Positions 18,661 through 27,044 of a DNA stretch of 64,000 bases are shown here, one piece after another; within the stretch, counting starts at the first letter, position 1, and each line of letters starts with the position of its first letter. The stretch comes from Smithella sp. PtaU1.Bin162 (GTDB lineage: Bacteria; Desulfobacterota; Syntrophia; Syntrophales; Smithellaceae). The translations under genes were made by a program, and so were the position numbers. The notes beneath the pieces were generated by a model, which was given only the letters and a program-made list of their open reading frames with translations, was not told the origin of the DNA and did not search any database. The stretch covers positions 784-64,783 of the forward strand of contig MVRV01000077.1 of assembly GCA_002068015.1 (NCBI GenBank), given 5' to 3'.

Positions 18661-19086
18661 GTGAATAAAGTGATTATTTTCGACTTAAAATGTGAAAATG
18701 GCCATAAATTCGACGGTTGGTTTAAAGACCGAGAGGCCTTTGCTGAGCAGAAAACGCAGAAACTTGTGGCTTGTCCAATATGTAATAGTTGTGGAGTTGA
18801 TATTATTCCTTCTTCTATAACGATTATGGGTAAAGACTCCCGAAATGTCGGTAAGGCGGAAGAAAAGGAAATTTCTCCGGAAAAAGTTCTGCGAATGCTG
18901 CATCGATATATAGATAAAAATTTTGAAGATGTGGGTACTAAATTTGCCGAAGTTGCCTTAAAGATTCATTTTGGAGAAGAAGAAAAACGTAACATTCGGG
19001 GAACTACTACTCCTCAGGAAGACGACAATTTGCGAGAAGAAGGTGTTCAGTTTATTAAAATTCCTGTTCCTAAGATGGACAGCTAG
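18661..19086 (+). CDS. DUF1178 family protein
   Basis: FDLKCENGHKFDGWF, CPIC, FEDVG.KFAE.A.KIHFGE...RNIRG motifs. Confidence 0.88.
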   Translation: MNKVIIFDLKCENGHKFDGWFKDREAFAEQKTQKLVACPICNSCGVDIIPSSITIMGKDSRNVGKAEEKEISPEKVLRMLHRYIDKNFEDVGTKFAEVALKIHFGEEEKRNIRGTTTPQEDDNLREEGVQFIKIPVPKMDS

Positions 19087-19167
19087 CTTCCGGTTGTTTC
19101 ATAACCTATAAACAGCACGTTTAACAGAGAAAACTATACTGTGGTCTTGATATTCAAAAGTTAATTT

Positions 19168-21519
19168 ATGCATAAATTTTATAAAAATATCCTTGACGGT
19201 ATCGGTAATACGCCTCTTGTTGAAATTAACCGACTCAATCCCAATAAAAAGGTAAGGATCATGGCAAAAATAGAAAGTGCCAATCCCGGTGGGTCGATCA
19301 AAGATCGTACTGCTTTGTTCATGATAGAGAGGGCGGAAGAAAGAGGAGAGTTAACCCCTGATAAAATCATACTGGAGGCTACAAGCGGCAATACGGGAAT
19401 CGGTCTGGCCATGATTGCCGCAGCAAAAGGATACAAGCTGTGTCTGACTATGTCGGAGGCGGCAAGTGAGGAACGGAAAAAGATTCTACGTGCTTTGGGA
19501 GCTGAATTGATTTTTACGCCGGCAGCTCAGGGGACAGACGGAGCCATTGAAGTGGCATATAGGATGCTGCGTGAAAATCCCGCTAAATATTTCGGTACGG
19601 ATCAGTTCAATAACGAAGACAACGTTTCCGCTCACTATTACGGTACGGCTCAGGAAATTTGGGAGCAGACGGACGGTGCCGTAACAATGGTTGTGGCAAG
19701 CTTGGGAACCACCGGCACGGCCATGGGGATTTCCAAAAGACTCAAGGAACTAAATCCGCAGATTAAAATTGTCGGCGTGGAACCATATTTGAAGCATAAA
19801 ATTCAGGGCTTGAAAAATATGCGGGAGTCTTATCGACCGGGCATATTTGATAAGAATCGCCTGGATGAAAAGGTCAATATTCTGGATGAAAATGCCTTTA
19901 CCATGGCACGCCGGCTTGCCCGTGAAGAAGGGATTATGGCCGGTATGAGTTCCGGCGCAGCGATGTTTGTTGCCATTCAAAAAGCAATGCAGGTGCAGGA
20001 AGGCCTGATGGTTGTTATTTTACCCGACAGCGGCGAAAGATATTTAAGTACGGAGTTATTTGCAGTCAAAGAGGAATCGTCGGCGTTAAGTCTTTACAAT
20101 ATTTTGAAACGCCAGAAGACTATCTTTAAACCGGTTAATTCCGGAAAAGTTCTCATGCATACGTGCGGTCCGACTGTCCATGATGCGCCGCATATGGGTA
20201 ATTACCGCCGCCTCGTTGTTTCCGATTTGGTCCACCGATATTTGACTTATCAGGGATACAATGTTCAACACATAGTGGATATTGTTGATTTAACTGATAA
20301 ATCTGTTAAAGGTTCCGAGAAGGAAGGCATGAAACTTGAGGATTATACTAACAAATATTTGCAGGTGTTTTTACATGATATGGAATCTTTGAACATTCGG
20401 AATGATAATGTTTATGTTAAAGCTTCCGATAACAGTGATGAAATGTTCAAAATAGTTGAAAAATTAGTTGATAAAAATTATGCCTACGAAAAATTACATT
20501 CGGTTTATTATGATATATCAAAATTAGCGGATTACGGACTTCTTTCCAATGTGAATTTGCATAAAACCAGACAGACTAAAACAATTGACCTCGATGATTA
20601 TGAAAAAGACAGCCCTATGGATTTTGCCCTTCTCAAGAGAGCAAGCCTGGGAGAATTGAAAAGAGGCGTATATTATAAAACGAAATGGGGAAATATCCGG
20701 CCGGGATGGCATATAGGATGTGCGGCAATTTCTCATAAATACCTGGGTTCACTTTATGACATTCATATAAGTGGAGTGGATGAAGTTTTTCCTCATTGCG
20801 AAAATATTCTGGCCATCAACAAGTCGCTTTCCGGGAAAAACGGCGCTAATTACTGGCTTAATGCCGAGCTGGTTATGGTTGCCGGCAGAAAAATGTCCCG
20901 GTCGCTCAATAATGCCCTGCCTTTATCCCAATTGTTCCAAAAAGGTTATTCCGGCCGGGATGCGCGGTTTTTTCTTCTGGGAGTACACTATCGTAAACCG
21001 CTCAATTATTCGGAAGAGGCAATGGTGGCCGCGAGGAATAATGTTAAAAAAATCGATATGTTTATTTGTAGGTTGAGTGCGGTCAATAATGAAGAAAATG
21101 GTTATGCAGATGTGGATCAGCTGATTTACGATCTTAAAAATGGTTTTGCCGCAGCACTGGATGATGATTTGAATATTGCCGGGGCTTTGGCTGTGCTTTT
21201 TGATTTTATCGGTAAAATAAATGCTCCTTTAAACCAGGGAATGATAAGTAAGTCTGACAGCTGCAAAATTCTGGAGGCAATGAAAAGCATCAATGAAATC
21301 ATTGCTGTAGTTGATTTTGAAGTGCGTCCTACCTCTAAAGAAGTACTGGAATTAATTGCCAGAAGAGAATCGGCCCGCAAGGCAGGCAAGTGGCAGGAAG
21401 CGGACCTTTTGCGGTCTCAGCTTGCCGAATTAAATGTTGAAGTAATGGATATGCCGCAGGGACCGGTTTGGCGTTTTAAGACAAAAACAGTTCCTGAAAA
21501 CGAGCGTAGCGAAGTTTGA
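19168..21519 (+). CDS. Fusion of a PLP-dependent cysteine synthase (CysM/CysK-like) and a divergent class I cysteinyl-tRNA synthetase
   Basis: Residues ~1-300: IGNTPLV, NPGGSIKDR, EATSGNTG, GTTGT, PDSGERYLS. Residues ~307-770: CGPTV..PHMGN, RPGWHIGC, FPHCEN, KMSRS, DDDLN. Single uninterrupted frame. Confidence 0.92.
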   Translation: MHKFYKNILDGIGNTPLVEINRLNPNKKVRIMAKIESANPGGSIKDRTALFMIERAEERGELTPDKIILEATSGNTGIGLAMIAAAKGYKLCLTMSEAASEERKKILRALGAELIFTPAAQGTDGAIEVAYRMLRENPAKYFGTDQFNNEDNVSAHYYGTAQEIWEQTDGAVTMVVASLGTTGTAMGISKRLKELNPQIKIVGVEPYLKHKIQGLKNMRESYRPGIFDKNRLDEKVNILDENAFTMARRLAREEGIMAGMSSGAAMFVAIQKAMQVQEGLMVVILPDSGERYLSTELFAVKEESSALSLYNILKRQKTIFKPVNSGKVLMHTCGPTVHDAPHMGNYRRLVVSDLVHRYLTYQGYNVQHIVDIVDLTDKSVKGSEKEGMKLEDYTNKYLQVFLHDMESLNIRNDNVYVKASDNSDEMFKIVEKLVDKNYAYEKLHSVYYDISKLADYGLLSNVNLHKTRQTKTIDLDDYEKDSPMDFALLKRASLGELKRGVYYKTKWGNIRPGWHIGCAAISHKYLGSLYDIHISGVDEVFPHCENILAINKSLSGKNGANYWLNAELVMVAGRKMSRSLNNALPLSQLFQKGYSGRDARFFLLGVHYRKPLNYSEEAMVAARNNVKKIDMFICRLSAVNNEENGYADVDQLIYDLKNGFAAALDDDLNIAGALAVLFDFIGKINAPLNQGMISKSDSCKILEAMKSINEIIAVVDFEVRPTSKEVLELIARRESARKAGKWQEADLLRSQLAELNVEVMDMPQGPVWRFKTKTVPENERSEV

Positions 21520-21524
21520 GGTGT

Positions 21525-21547
21525 AAGTGGAATTGATCCCGAAAGCA
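21525..21547 (+). repeat. Dispersed repeat AAGTGGAATTGATCCCGAAAGCA, copy 1 (with GATCCCGAAA...TTTCGGGATC hairpin)
   Basis: An identical 23-mer occurs at 54061-54083. Confidence 0.75.
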
Positions 21548-21613
21548 AAGCTTTTCGGGATCTCGATGTTAATGATTTCGCAATTGGTCTGCTCATCAAA
21601 ATAGAGATGCCCT

Positions 21614-22435
21614 ATGGAAACTATTAGAAAATCGGTTATAGCGGGCTCCTGGTATCCGGGTAAACCGTCTGTTTTGAGAAAGGATATTGAAGATTATTTT
21701 TCTCAGGCTGCTGATGCTGAAGTTAAAGGAGAAATAGTAGGACTTGTTGCACCTCATGCCGGTTATGTTTATTCCGGACAAGTGGCGGCTTATGCCTATA
21801 AACTTGTTCGCGGTAAAAAGTACGATGCCGTTGTTGTCGTGGGGCCCAGTCATCGCGTTGCTTTTTCCGGTGTATCAGTATTCAGTAAAGGCGGCTATGA
21901 AACACCTTTAGGAGTAGTTTCAGTCGCGGAAGATTTAGCAGAGGATATTGAGAAATTCAGTAAAGTCGTTAACGATATTCCGGCTGCCCACTTACAGGAA
22001 CATTCTGTGGAAATTCAATTACCTTTTTTACAGGTTGCTTTAGGTAATATTTCTTTTGTTCCCCTGGTGATGGGAGATCAAAGAGTGGAAACATGTTATG
22101 ATCTGGCTGCGGCGATTTATCAAGCTGCCCGGGGGAAAAAAATTTTGATTGTAGGCAGTTCCGATCTGTCACATTTTCATAATTATGCATCAGCCGCACA
22201 GATGGATGCGGTCGCTTTAAAGCATTTGCAGGATGGCGACGCTGCCGGTTTGTTGAAGAGCTTGGATAGTGATATTTGTGAAGCTTGCGGCGGCGGTCCT
22301 ATGGCCGTTGCCATACTTACGGCCGGACGCATGGGCGCGGCGAAAGCGCAACTGCTCAAGTATGCCAATTCAGGAGATGTGACGGGTGATAAAAGTTCCG
22401 TGGTTGGATATGCTGCGGCTGTTTTTTATGCATAA
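21614..22435 (+). CDS. amrB: AmmeMemoRadiSam system protein B (MEMO1 family)
   Basis: AGSWYP, PHAGYVYSG, GPSH, EHSVEIQLPFLQ, SSDLSH, ACGGGP and VVGY motifs. Confidence 0.93.
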   Translation: METIRKSVIAGSWYPGKPSVLRKDIEDYFSQAADAEVKGEIVGLVAPHAGYVYSGQVAAYAYKLVRGKKYDAVVVVGPSHRVAFSGVSVFSKGGYETPLGVVSVAEDLAEDIEKFSKVVNDIPAAHLQEHSVEIQLPFLQVALGNISFVPLVMGDQRVETCYDLAAAIYQAARGKKILIVGSSDLSHFHNYASAAQMDAVALKHLQDGDAAGLLKSLDSDICEACGGGPMAVAILTAGRMGAAKAQLLKYANSGDVTGDKSSVVGYAAAVFYA

Positions 22436-22447
22436 GAGGAGTTTAAT

Positions 22448-22996
22448 ATGGAATTAACGGAAAAAGAAAAAGAAGTTCTTCTGGATATTGTAAAAAAAAC
22501 AATTGCCGGCAGACTCAACAATAAAAACCTCCCTAAAATATCAGTCGATTCGGAAACTCTCCAGGAAAAAAGAGGTGCATTTGTTACCTTAAAAAAAAGA
22601 GGTCATCTGCGGGGCTGCATTGGCTATATCAAGGCAGTAAAACCACTCTGGGAAACTGTACAGGAAATGGCTGTAGCCGCTGCCTTTCACGATCCCCGAT
22701 TTCCGTCATTGAAACCGGAAGAGTTTAAAGATTTATCTTTGGAAATTTCCGTATTGAGCCCACTGCAGCGAATAGATGATATTAATGTCATTGAGGTGGG
22801 AAAACATGGCTTATATATTGTTCGGGGTTATAATTCCGGACTGCTTCTGCCACAAGTGGCAATAGAATATGGCTGGGACAGGGAAACATTTCTTAAGGAA
22901 ACGTGTTATAAGGCTGGTTTGCCACCACAGGCCTGGATGGATAAAGAAACAGAAATTTATATTTTTTCCGCAGATTATTTTGGCGATATGGATTAA
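22448..22996 (+). CDS. amrA: AmmeMemoRadiSam system protein A (AMMECR1 family)
   Basis: GAFVTL....LRGCIG, DPRF, LLLPQV and KAGL motifs. Confidence 0.93.
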   Translation: MELTEKEKEVLLDIVKKTIAGRLNNKNLPKISVDSETLQEKRGAFVTLKKRGHLRGCIGYIKAVKPLWETVQEMAVAAAFHDPRFPSLKPEEFKDLSLEISVLSPLQRIDDINVIEVGKHGLYIVRGYNSGLLLPQVAIEYGWDRETFLKETCYKAGLPPQAWMDKETEIYIFSADYFGDMD

Positions 22997-23048
22997 CCGG
23001 TCAATTGTCAAATCCGGAAATTATTTTCTCGTTAAAATAAAAATTTAC

Positions 23049-23077
23049 TTGACAAACACAACCATAAAAATTAGAGT
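23049..23077 (+). promoter_or_regulatory. Sigma70-type promoter for the tRNA cluster
   Basis: TTGACA-17 nt-TAGAGT. Confidence 0.6.
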
Positions 23078-23165
23078 CGGCAATTCGCACTGATGTGTGG
23101 TTTTGTTCGTTTGTTTGTAAAATTGTAAGTATTTGATATTAAAAGATAAACAAGAAAAGGGATTT

Positions 23166-23241
23166 GCTGGCGTAGCTCAATCGGTAGAGCAGCTGATTTG
23201 TAATCAGCAGGTTGCGGGTTCGAGTCCCATCGCCAGCTCCA
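23166..23241 (+). tRNA. tRNA-Thr(TGT)
   Basis: Cloverleaf; anticodon arm CTGAT-TTGTAA-TCAG; CCA end. Confidence 0.96.
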
Positions 23242-23253
23242 TAAAGTATTACT

Positions 23254-23338
23254 GGAGGGGTTCCCGAGCGGTCAAAGGGAGCAGACTGTAAATCTGCCGG
23301 CGAAGCCTACGGAGGTTCGAACCCTCCCCCCTCCACCA
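23254..23338 (+). tRNA. tRNA-Tyr(GTA)
   Basis: GCAGA-CTGTAAA-TCTGC arm, long variable arm, CCA end. Confidence 0.96.
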
Positions 23339-23359
23339 TGACTTATAAAGTGTAAATTA

Positions 23360-23435
23360 GCGGGAGTAGCTCAGTGGCTAGAGCGTCAGCCTTCCAAGCT
23401 GAGGGTCGCGGGTTCGAATCCCGTTTCCCGCTCCA
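23360..23435 (+). tRNA. tRNA-Gly(TCC)
   Basis: TCAGC-CTTCCAA-GCTGA arm; CCA end. Confidence 0.96.
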
Positions 23436-23473
23436 AGCTTTTTTAAGTTAAAGTAGAAAGATTCAACTATTGT

Positions 23474-23549
23474 GCCCACGTAGCTCAGTTGGTAGAGCAC
23501 ATCCTTGGTAAGGATGAGGTCACCAGTTCAATCCTGGTCGTGGGCTCCA
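23474..23549 (+). tRNA. tRNA-Thr(GGT)
   Basis: CATCC-TTGGTAA-GGATG arm; CCA end. Confidence 0.96.
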
Positions 23550-23642
23550 GTTAGGGGTAGTTACGAAACGACCATTTCGTTAGTGCCCGGTATACCGGTG
23601 ATTATATTAAGTTATTGTTTGACGACGGCTTAAGGGAGGGTT

Positions 23643-23792
23643 ATGCGAAACAATATTATTTTAGCTTGTACCGAGTGCAAGCAAAGAAATTATACAACAA
23701 CAAAAAATAAACGTACCATGCAAAACCGTTTGGAAATGAAAAAATACTGTAAGTTTTGCCGGGGACATAAATTACATAGAGAAACCAAGTAA
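23643..23792 (+). CDS. rpmG: 50S ribosomal protein L33 (zinc-ribbon form)
   Basis: Not in the ORF track. Translates to [49 protein letters not shown]; GGAGG RBS. Confidence 0.95.
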   Translation: MRNNIILACTECKQRNYTTTKNKRTMQNRLEMKKYCKFCRGHKLHRETK

Positions 23793-23812
23793 AATTGGCA
23801 TGAAAAGCAAAC

Positions 23813-23889
23813 AGGCCAGTAGCTCTAATGGATAGAGCGCCGGACTCCAAATCCGGATGCTGGGGGTTCAAGTCCCTCCTGGCCTGCCA
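23813..23889 (+). tRNA. tRNA-Trp(CCA)
   Basis: CCGGA-CTCCAAA-TCCGG arm; usual position before secE. Confidence 0.95.
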
Positions 23890-23915
23890 GTTTTCCTTTT
23901 ACAAGGATTTGAAAA

Positions 23916-24119
23916 ATGGAAAAAATCAAATTACTGATGCAAAAGATAATGCAATTTTTAAGTGAAGCCAAGGCTGAACTTAAAAAGGTTACTTGGCCGG
24001 CGCCCAAGCAAACAGCGGTATCCACGTTGGTGGTAATAGTTATCTCTTTCATCATGGCGATTTATTTCGGAATAGTTGATTTTGGTTTGGCTAAACTGGT
24101 TAAATTAATTTTAGGTTAG
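23916..24119 (+). CDS. secE: Preprotein translocase SecE
   Basis: ELKKVTWP plus one TM helix. Confidence 0.95.
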   Translation: MEKIKLLMQKIMQFLSEAKAELKKVTWPAPKQTAVSTLVVIVISFIMAIYFGIVDFGLAKLVKLILG

Positions 24120-24123
24120 CAAA

Positions 24124-24657
24124 ATGGCTTTTAAATGGTACGTTGTTCATACCTATTCGGGATATGAAAACAAAGTAAAGATGAGCTTGCAGGAACGGGT
24201 TGAACTGGCAGGTGCCCAGGCTTATTTTTCCGATATTTTGATTCCGGAAGAAGACGTTGTGGAATTGATTTCGGGAGAAAAGAAAACTTCCAAGCGCAAA
24301 TTTTTTCCCGGTTACATTCTTGTCCGGATGGAAATGAATGATGAAACGTGGCATATTGTTAAGGATACACCGAAAGTGACCGGTTTTATCGGGAGTAAAG
24401 ATAAGCCGTCACCGATTTCGGATAAAGATGTCGAAAACTTAAAAGTCAGGATAGATGAAGGAACATTAAAACCTAAACCGAAGTTTAAATTTGATGTTGG
24501 TGACCATGTTAAGATAATTGATGGGCCGTTTACTAATTTTGACGGTGTTATTGATGAAGTAAGGCCGGAAAAAGGTAAACTGCGTGTCATTGTAAGCATC
24601 TTTGGCCGTCCGACACCGGTGGAATTGGATTTTATTCAGGTAATTCAAGGTTCTTAA
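24124..24657 (+). CDS. nusG: Transcription factor NusG
   Basis: WYVVHTYSGYENKV, FFPGY and KOW GPF motifs. Confidence 0.97.
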   Translation: MAFKWYVVHTYSGYENKVKMSLQERVELAGAQAYFSDILIPEEDVVELISGEKKTSKRKFFPGYILVRMEMNDETWHIVKDTPKVTGFIGSKDKPSPISDKDVENLKVRIDEGTLKPKPKFKFDVGDHVKIIDGPFTNFDGVIDEVRPEKGKLRVIVSIFGRPTPVELDFIQVIQGS

Positions 24658-24700
24658 AGATTGAATCAGTTTAAAATATTCATAAATCAGGGTGATCATT

Positions 24701-25126
24701 ATGGCAAAAAAGGTTATTGCAAGTATTAAATTGCAGATTAAAGCGGGAAAGGCGACACCGTCTCCGCCAATCGGTCCGGCGTTAGGGCAGCACGGAGTTA
24801 ATATTATGGAATTTTGCAAGGCGTATAACGCCTTGACACAAAAGCAGGAAGGGATGATAATCCCTGTGGTTATTACCGTTTATGCTGATAGATCGTTTAC
24901 ATTCATTACCAAAACGCCACCGGCCTCGGTGCTGCTAAAACAGGCAGCGAAAATTGCCAAAGGAGCGGCTGATCCTAAGCGGGAAAAGGTGGGGACGGTT
25001 ACAGCCAAACAGGTGAAAGAAATAGCTGAATTAAAAATTAACGATTTGAATGCCGTAGATATTGAAGGCGCCATCAAAATAATTGCCGGTACGGCCAGGT
25101 CAATGGGAATTGAAATTGCAAGTTAA
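24701..25126 (+). CDS. rplK: 50S ribosomal protein L11
   Basis: [13 protein letters not shown] and GTARSMG motifs. Confidence 0.97.
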   Translation: MAKKVIASIKLQIKAGKATPSPPIGPALGQHGVNIMEFCKAYNALTQKQEGMIIPVVITVYADRSFTFITKTPPASVLLKQAAKIAKGAADPKREKVGTVTAKQVKEIAELKINDLNAVDIEGAIKIIAGTARSMGIEIAS

Positions 25127-25144
25127 TAAAAACGAGGTTTTATC

Positions 25145-25846
25145 ATGTTAAGAAGAGGCAAGCGCATATTAGCAGCAAAAGCAAAAGTTGAGCCCGCTCG
25201 GCGTTACTCGTTGAAAGAGGCTACAGAGATGGTTGTGTCGATGGCAGGCGCCAAATTTGATGAAACAGTGGATGCCGCTGTTCGTTTGGGTGTCAATCCT
25301 GCCCATGCCGATCAGATGGTCAGGGGAAGTGTTGTTTTGCCCAACGGCCTTGGTAAATCGGTCAGAGTGTTGGTTTTTGCCAAGGGTGAAAAGGAAAAAG
25401 AAGCCCTTGATGCTGGTGCCGATTTAGTAGGTAATGACGAGGTTATTGAAAAAATAAAAGGTGGCTGGTTTGAATTTGACCGTGTTATCGCCACCCCTGA
25501 TATGATGGGCGCTGTCGGAAAGATCGGTAAAATATTAGGTCCACGCGGTTTAATGCCCAATCCCAAAGTCGGTACGGTAACTTTTGAAGTGGCCAAAGCA
25601 GTAAAGGAGCTGAAAGCCGGTAAAGTTGAATTCCGGGTGGAAAAAGCCGGTATCGTCCATTCTCCTGTGGGAAAGGTTTCGTTTGGCGCTGAAAAATTAA
25701 AGGAAAATGTTCAGGCTTTATTGGAGACAATTATCAAATTAAAACCTTCCGCAAGCAAAGGAATTTATATTAGAAGCATTTCTCTTTCCAGCACAATGGG
25801 TGCCGGTGTGAGGATTGATCCGCTCGATATTAAGAGCGCTACATAA
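25145..25846 (+). CDS. rplA: 50S ribosomal protein L1
   Basis: KFDETVD and [10 protein letters not shown] motifs. Confidence 0.97.
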   Translation: MLRRGKRILAAKAKVEPARRYSLKEATEMVVSMAGAKFDETVDAAVRLGVNPAHADQMVRGSVVLPNGLGKSVRVLVFAKGEKEKEALDAGADLVGNDEVIEKIKGGWFEFDRVIATPDMMGAVGKIGKILGPRGLMPNPKVGTVTFEVAKAVKELKAGKVEFRVEKAGIVHSPVGKVSFGAEKLKENVQALLETIIKLKPSASKGIYIRSISLSSTMGAGVRIDPLDIKSAT

Positions 25847-25872
25847 TTGAAATGTAACGGTTTAATATAAAA

Positions 25873-25924
25873 GGTCGAAGATAGCAGGTACGGAAGTTTA
25901 AATGGTATAGGCCTGCCGAGACTC
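25873..25924 (+). promoter_or_regulatory. L10 leader (rplJL autoregulatory RNA) core
   Basis: GTCGAAGATAGCAGG...TTAA...CCTGCCGAGAC in the rplA-rplJ spacer, matching the typical kink-turn-like L10 leader. Confidence 0.75.
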
Positions 25925-26073
25925 GTAGAATAAAAAGAGTTACTTTATTTTGTTAAGGTAAACAATTTTAAGAAACGGGAATCGGATTAGGTAAGGTTAC
26001 CGTTTTTTATTCTGTATGTGGCTGCATTCTCCGGCCTCAGAAGTAAAATAATCATGGAAAGGAGGCTGACATA

Positions 26074-26598
26074 TTGGATCGGAGAACTAAAGAGCAAATT
26101 GTATCCGAACTGCAGGTGAAACTCAAAGAGGCTAAATTTGGTGTTTTGACCGGTTTCAGCAGGATGAATGTCGAGAAGATGGAATCCTTGAGGAAATTGT
26201 TGCGCAAGTCCAATGCTGAACTGAAAGTTGTAAAAAATACACTTTTGGGTATTGCTTCTAAGGAAACAGAGTTCAGCGTACTTGCCGATCATTTCAAATG
26301 GCCGGTGGCCGTTGTTTTAAGTTATAAAGATCCGGTAGGACCGACAAAGGTTCTTATTGATTTTGCCAAGAAGAATCCGGAATTGGAAATCAAAGTTGGT
26401 GTACTGGACGGCAAGCTTTTAACCAAAAACGATCTTAACATTTTGGCGGAGTTGCCCAGCAGGGAAGTTCTGCTTGGAAAATTAGTTTCTGTCATGGCAG
26501 CGGTGCCGACATCACTCGTAACAGTGTTGTCCGGCGTACCGAGAAATTTTGTGCAAGTGCTCAATGCCTATTGTGATAGGAAAAAGACTTTAAATTAA
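26074..26598 (+). CDS. rplJ: 50S ribosomal protein L10
   Basis: VVKNTL and [11 protein letters not shown] motifs; TTG start after AGGAGG. Confidence 0.96.
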   Translation: MDRRTKEQIVSELQVKLKEAKFGVLTGFSRMNVEKMESLRKLLRKSNAELKVVKNTLLGIASKETEFSVLADHFKWPVAVVLSYKDPVGPTKVLIDFAKKNPELEIKVGVLDGKLLTKNDLNILAELPSREVLLGKLVSVMAAVPTSLVTVLSGVPRNFVQVLNAYCDRKKTLN

Positions 26599-26624
26599 TA
26601 AAACATACAGAGAGGGATAGAAAA

Positions 26625-27014
26625 ATGTCAAATTCGATTACAAAAGAAGATGTAGTAAAATTCATTGAAGGTATGACTGTACTGGAGCTTTCCGCTTTAG
26701 TTAAAGAACTGGAAGAAAAATTTGGTGTTTCCGCCGCCGCTCCGATGATGATGGCTGCCGGAGCCGCACCTGGTGCCGCCGCCGCCGCACCGGTTGAAGA
26801 AAAAACCGAATTTAACGCCATTCTGACCGGCTTTGGTGCGGAAAAGATTCAAGTAATCAAAGTTGTTCGTGCTATTACCGGCTTAGGTTTGAAAGAAGCT
26901 AAAGATTTGGTTGAAGGTGTGCCCAAGCCGATAAAAGAAGCCGTTTCCAAGGACGAAGCAGCGGATATTAAGAAAAAGATTGAAGAAGTTGGTGGAACAG
27001 TCGAGATTAAATAA
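26625..27014 (+). CDS. rplL: 50S ribosomal protein L7/L12
   Basis: [12 protein letters not shown] and [12 protein letters not shown] motifs. Confidence 0.97.
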   Translation: MSNSITKEDVVKFIEGMTVLELSALVKELEEKFGVSAAAPMMMAAGAAPGAAAAAPVEEKTEFNAILTGFGAEKIQVIKVVRAITGLGLKEAKDLVEGVPKPIKEAVSKDEAADIKKKIEEVGGTVEIK

Positions 27015-27044
27015 TAATCTGTAATATATTATTTTAAGGATATT

